A stretch of 63,614 bases of DNA, the filler included, from Choristocarpus tenellus KU-1152 (lineage: Eukaryota; Protista; Phaeophyceae), in assembly GCA_964200185.2 (NCBI GenBank). It is 10 parts of 10 records of this genome, joined end to end, with 100 filler letters (N's around TTAATTAATTAA, not from the genome) between each part and the next. Parts side by side here need not be neighbours in the genome. Positions count along the whole stretch, not along the records: positions 23,496 to 41,761 come from CAXNAD020000571.1; positions 41,862 to 51,706 come from CAXNAD020003336.1; 8 more parts are not named here. One strand, 5' to 3'. The notes under the pieces were generated by a model. It had not been told where the DNA came from, searched no databases, and saw nothing but the letters and a program-made list of their open reading frames with translations. A program made the translations under genes and the position numbers. Positions within the stretch are counted from its first letter, which is position 1, and each line of letters starts with the position of its first letter. This document shows, one piece after another, positions 38,601 through 51,552 of the stretch.

Positions 38601-41503
38601 ATTCAACAGTTCTGTCAAGCGCTTGCACACGATGGCCTGGCGCACATTGTTGCCCTCATACAAGAACTTTCTAGACATCCTGTTACTCTTTTCTTTATTT
38701 ATCCAACTCGAGATGCTGCCACCAGGCCACAGGAAAGCGTCCAGGACGTTTATGAAGGCTTTCTTGTGGCTATGTTCCTGGAACTATTGTCATAATTCCA
38801 AGCAGGAAGAGGAAGTTACTTTGAGACATTTCGTTTGCCTCTTAGTGTTGTCAAAGTCAGGTATCTCTCAAGTGGTTAAAAACAAAACGTGCAGAGTTCA
38901 GATCCTTACAGGCCTGTGATATGTGGAATATCTAATTTTCCATACAGACATTATCAGTCCATTAGAGGGTGACTAAACCAAAAAATGACACAAAAAGGAT
39001 TGCCAAGTTAGCTTGAGGTAAACCTGCTGGCATCAACCACATCATTTTGGACTGATTCGGATCTCAACTCCGAAATCTAGTGCTCAGAAACGTACTGCTC
39101 TTATAATGTGTCTATAAAATCATTTGAAGTACTCCCCAGAACCTACTCCACCTGACATTAGAGATATTAGGACCCCAGACATGAAACATGTCAACTTAAG
39201 GTGACGAATCATTATTTTCTTGCATTATGATTAAGAAAAACGGTTGAATTATTGATGTTCATGTGATATTTTAGTTTGAAACAAACTAGTTCCCACAGGC
39301 ATCTCATCGTTCAGCTTTCGAGTAAAAGTATCATAGAGGGTACAAGTTTTGCCCTGTTTGTCCGTTTGGGGCTTGGTTTCCCATGTGTTTCTTCATGACA
39401 TTTTCCGACTCCAATTTTTACGGAGTAGGTAAATTGTGTGTGTTACGAAAAGTTTCACCAGAACAAGGATATGGACACTTCCTAACAAATACGATAGCCA
39501 AAATTACATCAAAATTGCAGCATTGGATTTTGGGGCTCAAATGGACGCGACTCTACCCTCTAAGATACTTGGCTCTTCATGAAACATTTTGGTGACATAA
39601 TTACTTCCCCAGATGGAGAATATATATATATATGACATGTAAGCAACTCTTTTTTCCCAGTCCTGTTTGATGGAAAACCTAAAGGGGGTGCAGAGCCCAA
39701 AAACTATAATTTGATCGTTCTTCAAGAAAGAGAACCAATTTGGTGATCAGCATCATTTCAACTTGTGCTCAAAGTTTGTAGAAACTGGATGCTGATACTT
39801 CGCTTTGCTTGCAATTCATTGTTGCACATCTGGAGGTCTATGATGGATGGTGCACATTGTGCACACTTCTACTTCAATACCCCCCAACCATAATTAATGG
39901 GCTCCTATTCACATTGCATAATTTGCACTAGATGGGGACATCATATACAGGCGGCACAACCAAATGAAAATGGGATTTATCATTGTGTATATATACGAGC
40001 AAAAGAAAGACTACTAACCCCGACTGAAGGAGTATATTACGGCCAAACAGTTTTTGTATCACCCAGGCAATAGATGTACACCTTGAATCCATGCCTCATT
40101 TTATGTTTTCAGATACCTAGGGCAGGGCACAAAACATATTGATTCTTGCATGGATTCATGTCTGCTATCACCTTCAAAAGCTCATCCAGCTCAATATCGC
40201 CACTCATGATGCTATCCACGACCTGTTTGATATCATCAAAGATGCCTTGAACGATATCATTTAAGTTGTTACCAGATTCCGCACGATCAGGGGGAGCTAC
40301 AAATTCGTTCCACCTGATCAAGAGTATCCACAGCTTCCAATTCAACAAAACCTGTCAGGTGGTTCATGTTTGTCCCAAATGCCAAGTATAGATTTAATGA
40401 GATCAGGGTGCCCAACCAACAACAAATTTACAAGTTGCATCTGATGTCAGTACATGGTCGAAGAGGGATAGGGTTGGAAACAAACCAGCAAGAATTCAAA
40501 TCATTAAAATAAACATTGATGAAATAATGCCAAAGGAAACACAGGGTGTGGATCAATGCCTTTATTTTATCATTTTCATTATGCTCTATTCCTTGCCACA
40601 CACAATGGCACACCTCATCCAATGATGGGCACATGTTGCCACCCCCAGCAACATCCTCAACTCCATCGATACCCAAACCCCTTTCACCAGTCCTTGATGA
40701 ATATATCTTCAAGCTGGCAACAGCAAGTGCGCAAACCATATCTTGACATAGCACATTCACAGGCGACAGGTGCCTGCGAGTCAAGTAGATCCAGGATAGG
40801 TCAACACATTCCATATGACCAAAGGGGGTCTACACAGCACAGCAAGGCATGAGGAGCATGGATTTGTATAATATGTGAGCTGCGTCAACTCTCTCTTGTA
40901 TTAGGATCAATGGGTTGGTCGTACTTCAGCACAATAGCCCTGATTGCAGGGCTAAACGTTTTGCTGAAGGTTGCTATTGTGTCTTGTTGAACGGATAAGC
41001 GATCTCAGCCTACAGAGCCACAGAAAACATAGCAGGAAAAGTAAAATTCAATCCCCTCCTGTGCTCTACCTTACTCATCAAACTCAAGTATCATATAGAG
41101 ATATAAACATGTACACATGCACTCCACACTTGTGCAAAAGACCCGATACACTCACCAAATATTGAAACTGCCTTCGAGTACAACACGTTTTCCTCCAAGC
41201 AGCCTGATGACAAAACATGCAGCATAGGCCTCTTACACATCTGCACTACCTCCAGTCCCACTGCCACCTCTCCATAATTCAACATCAAGGCCTTAAATCT
41301 CACGTGTTAATGATCCGCATCACTTGCTCAACCTTGCCCTCAGGTTGTCCTGCAGCCCAGCGAACTGCTTGCACACAGTGTTCAGTCAGCAGCATCCCCA
41401 ATTGCGGAGCTAGTGCTGTGTCACCTATCATGACACGTTTATGGCATCGCTCCAGGACACGGCAAACACGTTCCAGCACAACAAGGGGTTCTCTGGTGAG
41501 ACC
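23685..41503 (-). CDS. RNF213/mysterin-like giant AAA+ ATPase (possible E3 ligase), internal fragment of ~1,870 codons; exons 41503-41304, 40773-40614, 40351-40172, 38783-38509, 37990-36289, 35426-35320, 34410-34218, 33375-32974, 31940-31861, 31284-31180, 30724-29526, 29155-29091, 27713-27292, 27004-26872, 26018-25918, 24704-24631, 23901-23685
   Basis: 17 GT-AG exons join in consistent phase with no stop codon. Motifs appear in the order I recall for animal RNF213 around the start of the AAA core: LREAGHPLY, DWAALVQEARDRWHLLNFFT, LPQPSEVLFCTDETTDEELELLVRR, FTIADIHRLSF, Walker-A-like VRSEVNGGGKT, FHLDLG...LLFQLLL, FYVEIP, IQRTCRWLR, ECFELL...PTWTLFNRFV. Confidence 0.78.
25048..25310 (-). mobile_element. 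260-bp MITE, subfamily B, TSD TCT (intron of the RNF213-like gene)
   Basis: TCT|GGGTCAAAGCACTTAAGAGGGT ... ACCCTCTTAAATGCTTTGGGTA|TCT. Confidence 0.8.
32139..32410 (+). mobile_element. 260-bp MITE, subfamily A, TSD AAT
   Basis: AAT|GAATTAAAGTATATTAGAGGGTA ... TACCCTCTAAGATACTTTTACTC|AAT. Confidence 0.88.
39320..39575 (-). mobile_element. 260-bp MITE, subfamily A, TSD TTC
   Basis: TTC|GAGTAAAAGTATCATAGAGGGTA ... TACCCTCTAAGATACTTGGCTC|TTC. Confidence 0.9.
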
Positions 41504-41603
41504 CTGGCATCCGTAAATAAGGGGCCAGCTCTGTCGCACCTTTTTAGAATGCGACACATTTTGGGAAGTGGAGAACGGATGAGTTAAGGAGCTTGCCTGA
41601 AGA

Positions 41604-41761
41604 GGCTCAAAATATCTGGGGGGTGGCGGTGGCTGTCCATTTGGGGTCAATTTTTCCATGTTGCGATTCTTGGGTGATTTGGTTGCATACGTTGGATGGA
41701 TAATGTAAATACACGTTTCCTCATTTTGGCCCATATGGACACCCTGGTGTAGACCCCCCCC
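41604..41761 (+). mobile_element. Short sister MITE, cut off at the contig end
   Basis: Colinear with 4666-4830 (GGTGGCTGTCCATT...TTTCCATGTTGCGATT...GGACACCCTGGTGTAGACC). Confidence 0.75.
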
Positions 41762-41954
41762 NNNNNNNNNNNNNNNNNNNNNNNNNNNNNNNNNNNNNNN
41801 NNNNNTTAATTAATTAANNNNNNNNNNNNNNNNNNNNNNNNNNNNNNNNNNNNNNNNNNNNCTGTTCTACATAATGAGGAAATAATCGAGTTATTTGCAT
41901 ACACAAGTCTTGGGAACACCAATTTCTTTAACAGCAGGGAAGACTGAGGGTGTT

Positions 41955-42280
41955 TGATTAGGCTTGTGACGGAGCCATCTAACTCCCCTGACTTCAATAT
42001 CATGGACCTGTGCTTCTTCAGGTCTTTGAAATTCTGGGTGATCGGGGAATGATTTGGGTTCGTTGAGGAGATGGTGGAGGTCATAAAGAAACAGTATGAG
42101 GATAATGATGAAACAACACTTGAGAGGGCTTGGCAGCTCCTTTTTGTGGTGTACAATCAAGTACTTAGATACAAAGGGGGGAATGACTTCAGAGTGGAGC
42201 ACATAGGGGTAAGGAAGAGGCAGTTGTCTGGTGAGCTTGAAAACACGTCGAAGGTAGACATGTGTCCGATGAAATTGTGA
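41955..42280 (+). mobile_element. Tc1/mariner (plant/oomycete DD39D-type) transposase C-terminal remnant
   Basis: IRLVTEPSNSPDFNIMDLCFFRSLK followed by ...TLERAWQLLFVVYNQVLRYKGGNDFRVEH. This corresponds to the QPPNSPDLNVLDLGFF and GGN.Y.+PH motifs of DD39D mariners. Confidence 0.82.
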
Positions 42281-44733
42281 TGGATGGGGAGTAATAATAA
42301 TAAAACGAGCTGAACCTAACCAGAAATTCGTCAAGGTTTTCAAATCCTCTTTCAGAAATGAATTTTATCGTTTTCAAAAGCAATGGACAACGTGACACAG
42401 ACTTATGGCATGGAGGTAGTACAACCACAATCTCACCATCAGCCACATGGGCACCATTGTACCTCATGTTGCAGAAAATGTCCCATCCACGCATGTCAAG
42501 AAATATGGGCACACTGCAGGGGTACTCACAGAGTCCAAAATGCTCCACCCAACCTCTCCGTGGCTGGTTCATACAGCCTGCCAGTCATAGTGCAAATCTC
42601 TTGTGCAATATGGGGTTCATTCCTAGCAAGATTGTTCTTCATCAACTGCAATGCCTTCATTGATGTAATGTCGCAAATGAAAAATAGAGTAAGAAAATAA
42701 TCACAAACTGCATGCATGAGAAGTCGACAGTGTCATATATATCCTCTTAACTTGACCGAATAGGAATGGGGTTGGCTAGAATCTAACCCGAGGGATTAAA
42801 GTTAAGGGAATATCTAAAAATCTTGCTTGTTGGACCAAGCATGTCACTGAGTAGGGTGAAGTTCAAACAATTGTAGCAGCCCAGAAAAACCACTACAGGT
42901 GTCCACAATCCCTTGTCAGTCACTTGTGGAAGGCAGGCCTTTCTTAGCACTTCTGGGCCAAGAAATAAAATTTTCTTGTTGGGTTCCTTGGGTATATCCT
43001 CGGCCTCCTAATAAATCATGACAATCAGCAGTAGCATCCCCAAATGCACAAGAGGTGAGCAGCAAGGCAATAAGAGTCATATTTTGCACTGCACAGTAGA
43101 CTGTAGCAATAGGTGCATGTCTCAGTGGCATAGAGTCTAGTGAAAACCTTTGTTCAATATAACTTGTGAGGGATGAGAGACATCTACATTATGTCCTTGT
43201 TATTCTCACACTTACAATCAACTGTCCAACTAAGTGATGGCAATTACCTACAGTAGAAGCAATGCGAAGCAAATATTGAGTGATCTCAGGAGTGTCTATT
43301 GTGCACATCCCTTCCTTGTAACCTATGGGAAGATAACATTTGTGATGGACTGCTATCAACAAAGGTATGTTGTTCAGCCATTGCTTATGGAATAAACAAG
43401 GATTGGGATGTGCTGATCAACCTGTCAGTGGCCCTTGCATGAGCCACCTTAAAAAAGTATACTTTACATTTCGTTTGGTGTATAATCACGAAGACAAGTG
43501 AAAGAGAACACTACAACAGGAGCGTATGGAGAGAATTATTGTTGCAAAGGAATGGGTACTTGACACGTTGGACTCCAATTTTGATTTGGGAACGAACAAA
43601 AGCATTATGCCATCGAAGGGCATGGGTGTCCCGCGTACTTTGCTGCTCACTCGCCTAGCTTATGCTTTTATGTCGCATTCGTCTGCAAGGGAAAAACGAT
43701 AGAAAGATTTCGGCAATTGGTATTGCCTGTGTATGTGGTAGATCATAAATTCGTGCTGTGATTAACGTGTTAGGAGGGTGCGGGGTCAAAAACATCAATT
43801 GTGCCTATACCGCATGTTTGAGAGGAAAAATTGAACTACAGGGCCGTGAGCAGTTGCTTCAGCAACATTTCACCATCGAACGAGAGCATCCTAGGCACAT
43901 CAAAGTAATTCATCCTAGTGGTTTCCACTTCGTACACTGGATGACGGCACCCAGAAGGAGTTACTAACTTGAAGGGATGGGCACAGATCCAAAGGATTGG
44001 CAAAGATTCAAAGGATGGGAAGGCGTAAGGTGTATCCTGAAGGATCATCCTCCATTCATCTTCACTAATTATATCCATTGCCTTGAACAGAACCTTAGCA
44101 TTCGCACGCAGCAAGGACGCCAGGTCTCAAGCGACGGGAGGGCCACACCAATATTAGGCAACGCCACTATTTTTCCAGATTTAATAGAAGTTACCGCTAT
44201 GTAGAGTACGAGAAGAAAGGGTTAAGCCTCGGCCATACTTTCCACAGTTTCCCACCAAGTCCTGTGAAGGCCAGGACATCAGCCATATTCGATCTGCCAC
44301 CGTAAGTCTACCTTTTTTGGCCCTTTGGCCAGGCCGTAACCCTATCAGGAGGAGAAACCAAGCGTTTCCATCCAATGGTAGGTAAAACAATTGTGGTTTC
44401 GAGTACCGTAGTGGTGTGGGTCTTAGAAGTTGCACACCCTGATTGAGTGTCTACCATTCGAGTCATGCTGGAGTTCTCATTGTTGAAAGGAGAAAAATAT
44501 CGCCTTGGAGATATGCTCTTAGGCTTGCATACTCTTACAGGCATCTCTCCCCACGAACTGCAATGGTATTGCGTTATCCAATGAAGACTACAGCAAAAAT
44601 ATGCAGTCCACCTTTTCCAATATCACCATCTTCTTGAAAGGATGCAACGCACGCCTCCCAATATCCTAAAGAGTCTTCACAATAACGTTTCATTCGTTGG
44701 GATCTACAAAAGAGTGCTGTAGCACCTTCTTCA

Positions 44734-47700
44734 ATGGGTCGTTCTTTGAGGGAAATAGAAGATAATGCGAGTGAAAAGCTGAATGATCCAAAGGATAATC
44801 GATCGAATGCCACGGAGATGACGGATTTAACTGATACACATCTCCGTAAGGCGCAAGTTATGCCTCGAAAGGATCGCGTGCAGGTGACATAGATGATTGG
44901 AATAGAGTACGGCCCTCGGGTTTGGGGGAGCTACCCACCAAGTAAAGTCTGCTACCTGCATCATAGGGTATGATTACCGTTCAACTTCTATCAAGGGTAT
45001 CTTTCCATTGGCAAAGAAATTCCCGAGCATGATGACGTAATTAACTCAAACCTTATCTTCCTTGACAAAGCAATAAAACTCTCCACCAACTCCTTGTCAG
45101 GTATTTGGCATTGAATGTGAGGGACCCTTCGGAGATGGCATCGTTTTCAAGGGGGGGGAGTGGAGCCCTGGCGGCGAATACGTTCAGCGCCTTCGAGTGA
45201 AGAATGTTTCCACCAAATTGAAAAAGCTAAAGTACAGGCTTCCGACTACCAAGTACTTCTCCATGGCATACCCTGAGGTTCTCACGCTCAGTCCAGGGAC
45301 AGTACAGGTTAGTCCATAGTCACGATGAGAACATATTGAGGGCAGTCGTAGTGCGACAAACTCCTTATGTATAACCATAAACCGACAGTACAGAGCCAAA
45401 GTATCTTAGAGGGTGGGGCGGCGTCCATTTGGGGGCCAAAATCCAATGTTGCGAATGTGACGTAATTTTGGCTATCGTCTTGTTAGGAAGAGTCAATGTC
45501 CTTGTTCTGGACACACATTTTCGTAACGTATACATTTTCCTACTCCGAAACATTTTGGAGTAGGAAAATGTCAAAAAAAAAACTTGGGAAGCCAAGCCCC
45601 AAATGGACAAACAGGGCAAAACTCGTACCCTCTAAGATACTTTCACTCACAATCCCGAACTCCTCTTATCACAGCAAATGATCACAATCCACATCATATT
45701 CTGTAGAAAAGCTATTGAGGTCGCCGATGGTATCACCTGCTGCCGTGTCAGACCCAAATATTGTAGCTCTTGTAATTGCTGGTGTCGCAACTAGTTTGGA
45801 TGTTTCTACAGCAATCTAACCCAAAATATCCTTCTTATCCTCGTCCTCCTCAGGATATACATGTTATCTTCCGCCCAATCGAAAGTGCAGAGTACGATGA
45901 TGTTGTATACTTCAAGATGCTTGATGGACCCAACAGTGGTGGATTTAACGTGCCTGTGCGAGCCTTATTACCAACGCTACAGGTCTAGCTACACTCTTAG
46001 AGTGCAAAGAGAACACAAAGCATGGACATGGTATTGCCTATATATCTACTGCGTAGGAACTGTTTCAAAACTCTGATCATTCTATTTCTGGCATGAAAGA
46101 TAAGGGTGAGGAGAACTCAAAGACGGTTTGAATCCACACATCTCAAGAATAGATTAGTTCAACATATGCAAGCCTATAACTAACTTGCAGGAGATTACCA
46201 ACTATTAATAGAATTTTATAAGTATATTGTCCCACTTTGTATTGAATCTCATCACCACAAATGTTCCACATGCTAAAAAATATATTGAGGTGTTCAAAAA
46301 AGATAAGAGGATGGAACTTATCAACTTCAGGTTATTACTCTACGTAAGAAATGATCGATAATAACTATGACCACATACCTTGGATATTTGAATACTTGGC
46401 AGCCAATTTGTTGTGGAGAGCTCTTGGATACAATTTTGGAAACACTGGTAGGAAAATGTGCTTCAGAATAGGTAATACGTTCCACACAGCATAGGTAGAC
46501 TCAACAATCCTGTATGATTTTTTCAGATATTGTTCGTGCACAAGTGGTCACTGCACAATGGATTATTTCACTAACTGAGTTCCAGGAATTTTCTGCTTCA
46601 AACTATATATACTGAATTCCCAACTCACAGTGACATCCTACAGGTCGGCATACCATCAGGGTTGGATCTTGGTTACTGCCAAGTGGACAGTACATCCAAC
46701 AGGGTGTTTAATGTGAAGAACATTGGAGAGGTAAGATTAAATGAACTTTGACTATGACATTGCTATGGGTTGGCAGGATCTAGGAATTGCATACTACTTC
46801 TTCGTACATAAATGGGAAGTGCAATGCCCATGAAGAATCCTTGCTCTCAATGGCAATAGCTTACAGTCCATAATTTCATGTCTATACTGTTGAGATGTGT
46901 GTTGTTACTTCTATTAGTGCTTGATGTTTTTAACAATGTGTTAAAAATCTTCTTTTGATACCATTTTCCATGAGGCAGTATGCTCAGGGAGCTGTCCATA
47001 GAGGCTATTTAGGTCATATGTCATGCAGGAGAGACAAAAAAATAATGTGGAAAAAATGCAGTAGATCCTTGCGAGCTAAGCTAAACTGGGGAGGTGACAT
47101 TGCCTCAATTCAGTTCCAATATACAGAATAAGATGATCAAACAACAAATCTACAATGCAGGACCATCCTTTAACTCTAGTGTGGACTGTGTTAGTGATAA
47201 TTTGTTATCTAGTGCAAGGTTTGCACTTACATTTCCAATCTATATTTCCGTGTCTTAATCAGGTTCCAGCTCCTTTCTCCTGGGAGATGCCGCTCCCTTT
47301 TGTGCTATCACCCTCCAAGGGGGTAGTTGGAGTGGGCCAGTCTTTGCCCATTAAATGTTCCGTGAAACCTACAGACGCATCAGTGTTCGTCGGTGTAGCA
47401 GTTATCAAAGTCGGTGATGGAGTGAATGCCAACAAGCCGTCTCCCCTTCTTGAAATGAAGGTGAGTGATTACAGTTCATCTCCAATGCAGCATCCATTGT
47501 ACATTTCTCTGACCGCATCCATGACGTTAATAACTCCCGGTTTACAGATAACTGGTCAACTGTCTCTCCAGTGAAATGACTTTTCGGTGACAAACATCGT
47601 TCAAACTACTTTCAATTTAGAATCAAGAGAATGCCATATCACTTGGCACAATGTGCCCCCACATGAAACTTATCAATGTAGCATTAAGAGAATATCATGC

Positions 47701-50700
47701 CACTTATCACAATGTGTTCACAAGGAAGGTCGATATTGAAATGTCATTGATATCTGGTAGCCAAAATAATTATCACATGCTAGACTTACTAATTACATGT
47801 GAAAGGATGGTGGACTTGATTCATGCACTGTGGCCATACAGACAAAAAGAAGAAATGCCAAAGAGAACAGAAACACAGTGAATAACATGTGTTTGCATGA
47901 GTGTGTCAGATATCGGCAATTGGGAAGTATTGCTATGTGGTCCCTTCTGAGGAAAAGCTGGATTTCGGTGAGGTGCTGGTGGGGTGCACCAGTGATCAAG
48001 TTAGGAAAGAGTTCACCCTTCGGAACCAGAGTGTTGTGCCAGCAGCATTCAAGGTGTATTTCCCTCTGACTGAGTACTGAATGGTTCATATATATATATA
48101 TATATATTTAACTCCTTCCAGTGTCATTTGGATTATTGTTCAGTAGTGAAAAATTTGTACTCCTCTTGGATCAGGAAAGGAATTGGAAGGAAGACCCCTG
48201 CACACGATATTGCAATCTACCCCCCCATCGAAACATATTATTGAAAAATTATGAAGTCCAGGAATTTCACATTAATCCAGCATTGGAAAGTATAGAGATC
48301 AGTGTTACCGTAAGCAGAGTCTCATGGTCACCCACAGAGAGAGTTCACGTAAGCACCTCTCTACAGTCAATACTCCAGCACTTTCTTGGCTTGTCCTGCA
48401 GATATCAAGGGTGGAAAATGATCGCGATCCAGCCTTCACCTTGAACCCTATGGAGGCAGTAATTCCCCCGGAAGATGAACTAATTATTGCTGTTACATAC
48501 TCGCCAACAGCTGTGGGGACATTCACTGCTGACAACTATGAGGTCGCCGCAACGGGTGGGAACAAGGTCGGTTTAGATGTTTTGGTGTCAACAATTCCTT
48601 AGGCATTCAAAGTGATGTGGAGGTCTGTTTTTTGCATGAGTTGGACTCGGTCTATTCTTGTGGTGGCTAGATGTGAACAAATACACACCTGGAAAACAGT
48701 TTATAGTGCAGCTTGATGTTGATATCAGCTGAGTATTTCAAAGTAGTTGAGCATAATTTTTTGCACATATTACAACCTACCAAAATCACACCACCAACCA
48801 CATATTATTTCCCATAAACTCCTTCTGGCCTTCTCAATCCTGTCACACCCTTGTCATCAATTCAGAATTTCCAGGCACTTCCAAAAACATTATTCTCTCA
48901 ACTCCTGAGTGAGCATAAACGAATGTATTAGATGAGCTTGTAACATACTGCGCAGTATAATGTAAACATGTAAATCTTAATTTAAGTTCAGGCAACAAAC
49001 TTCAACAATACACAGAATTCCGTCATACACAAGAATAGGTTTGAAGGGGTTGCACTCACCAAATATCTCTTGTCAGGTATGGGTGATGCTGCAGGGCTGG
49101 GCAGTTGGACCACAAGTCAGGCTGGAGAAGAAAGAAGACCCTTTTGCGCAAGGACAAGGGGTGCCAGATTCTGTCAATTTCCGCGATGTCAGGATAGGGA
49201 AGACAACAACCAGGGTCATTTATCTCTACAATGCAGCAGACCTTCCCTGCAGGTTCTGCTTTGTGGTTGAGGTATTTGCTTAGAGTAACTTGTCTTGTAA
49301 GACTCAGCATGTGGAGTGGGTGGTTGCTGCAGTACAAGTCCACTTGCATCTTTCCCAGTGACTCTCACAAGATACTGTTGCTCTATCCCCCTAGGCTGGG
49401 TATGACTTCAATATTTTTTCATACGGCTTCTCCAGACTAGAGTAAATAGTTCTACTCTTGCAGAGACTGACACTTGTTGGGTGTATGATAAATGTATATC
49501 AAGTAATATGTTTTTAGTCATTGCAACAGATCTTGTAATCCTAGGCTGAATGCATCAATCAGAGAGTCAAAGCAATTAAGAGGGTAGGGTCGCATCCGTT
49601 TGGGGTCATAAATCCAATGTTGCGCGATTTTCTTGAATTTTGTCTATCATGTTTCTTAGCAAGTGCCAATATCCTTGCTCCGGACACACCTTTCATAGTC
49701 GTACACATTTTAGGAAACTGTGTTCACACAGAAAACCGAAAAAAGGGAAATATAAAACCGTGGGAAGCCAAGCCCTGAACGGAGAAACAGTGCAAAACTC
49801 CTACCCTCCCAAGTGCTTTGGCTCAGAGTTAAACACAAGCACTCTTATGTGCTATGGAAATGAAGGTGAGAATCGTCCTTCTACTGCTCACTTTCTATCC
49901 CACCCTACCAGTCTCTGTCTGCTGATGTTTGAACACACTTGTTCTTTCCTCTTCACCTAGGGAAACAGTTCTGTCTTCAAGTTCAGTCAAATAATAGGGA
50001 CAATTCCATCAGCTGGAACAGAGCACCCTGGAGAGACTCAAATAACTCTCAGCTTTTCTCCGGGTGCACCCTTTAACTACTACAGGTAACATGAACTGCC
50101 CTCCATTGTTGAAGGAAATAATTTATCAAGGAACTCGTAAACAAAAGAAAATATGTGTTGATACTCGTAAACAGTGTGCTCAATTAAGAGATGTGGACAT
50201 CGTTTAGCAATCACTTACATTCAATCTACTATGATGCCATCAATCAAGTAAGCAAGCACCAAATTGAGCGTTCTGGTAAGTATCCCATATTAAAGAGAAG
50301 TATTTTTCTTATTATATCCTGCATGAACACCCCTCTGAGTGAAATACCTTTACTTTTGCTCTTTCACTAATGTTGATAACATAGTCTTTTTCGCCAAAAT
50401 TACACCAGCAATGACTGGGAATGTCAATATCAATCTGTTATTACTTCCATACGATTTGAATATGAATACTCTGCCAGTACACCGTAGCCCTTATCAAATC
50501 GGTAGACACACTCACATGCACAAGAAATCCAGATTCTTCAAGGAGTAGGCTAATTGTTGTGAGCGTGAAGAAGTAGAGTTAGGTCAATTTTCCTTCTGTC
50601 AGATATCGCCCAAAATATGCTCCCTTCTTCAGAAACTCTCATGTATCGACAACATGCCAGAGATACAAGTTACTCTGAGCCAGCATAAATGAGAGGTACT

Positions 50701-51152
50701 CAGTTTTTTGTTGTTTCACATTTTAAGGCAATTTTCCATCTATGTAGTTCACACCTAGTTCTATGGATGAAGTGCTAAGATTTGACTTGATAGCATTGAT
50801 TTCCCCATCTTTTTAGAAATTTGGACAGAGTTCAGAAACGTCCATAATTTTGGTTGGCATCCCTAAGATTCAACTTTGTTCCATCTCAAAATCTTTGGCT
50901 CATAGAAAATTCAAAATTATAATGACCTTAACCTGCTGAGGACCTTGAGACCAATTTTTTCTGTCCCAAGGTATCCACACCAACCCACCTTGCCACAAAT
51001 TTTCAATTCAGGAGAATCTTCTGCCTCCTTGAGAATCAGCAGCCTCTGCTAGTTGATGTGTTAGGAACTGGGTTTGTTGTTGCGAAAGGGGAGGTGAAGG
51101 AGCAGCGACCTGCCCCACTAAGGCATGCTCATGTGCAGGCCTTCAGGAACAG
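44734..51152 (+). CDS. CFAP65: Cilia- and flagella-associated protein 65 (CCDC108), 5' part; exons 44734-44883, 45101-45307, 45854-45982, 46644-46730, 47263-47460, 47910-48053, 48402-48566, 49077-49271, 49961-50085, 51012-51152
   Basis: Ten phase-consistent exons: VFGIEC...WSPGGEYVQRLRVKNVSTKLKKLKYRLPTTKYFSMAYPEVLTLSPG, VIFRPIESAEYDD, FNVPVRALLP, LDLGYC...FNVKNIGEVPAPFSWEMPLPF, ISAIGKY, NYYRRIFCLLENQQPLLVDVLGT...RPAPL. These are tandem ASH/MSP-type Ig domains typical of CFAP65. The start codon could be 44734 or 44818. Confidence 0.9.
45393..45648 (+). mobile_element. 260-bp MITE, subfamily A, TSD ACA (CFAP65 intron 2)
   Basis: ACA|GAGCCAAAGTATCTTAGAGGGT ... ACCCTCTAAGATACTTTCACTC|ACA. Confidence 0.9.
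49564..49824 (+). mobile_element. 260-bp MITE, subfamily B, TSD AGA (CFAP65 intron 8)
   Basis: AGA|GAGTCAAAGCAATTAAGAGGGTAG ... CTACCCTCCCAAGTGCTTTGGCTC|AGA. Confidence 0.85.
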
Positions 51153-51552
51153 GTCAGATGAGGGCAAACCTGCTAGGACTGAAGATGCCAACAGATGAAA
51201 TATCTTGCTAAGAAATTATGCACAGAAGGATTTCACAAGCAATATAAATTGTTCATGAAATTGTCCCCACTCTTATGCAGATCATTATTGAAGTGTTTTT
51301 CCTTTGCACAAAGTCCTTCAACTCAGCTTGATAACCTCTTGCTAGATTTTCCCAATATCTGATCCTCACCCACTCTAGGATCTTCACAAAACTTGCTATC
51401 TCACAATGTATCAGGGTTGCTAAGGGCCTGGGATGCTGGTCAGCAGAACAATTAGACAAGCTTTTGGAATCAAAGGGCATGAGCAGCCTTTTTGCAAGGT
51501 GATATTTCGAAATTAACTCATCCTATTCCACAGACTGTGAATTCACCATTTA

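Noticed and set aside
39020-39150. Exon-like stretch with in-frame TAA/TAG, raising possible stop-codon reassignment
   Set aside because: The RNF213-like gene splices in phase without it (40172 to 38783), and all reconstructed exons use the standard code.
43836-44435. Minus-strand ORFs as a gene divergent from CFAP65
   Set aside because: No recognisable motif, and no phase-consistent exon chain could be built.
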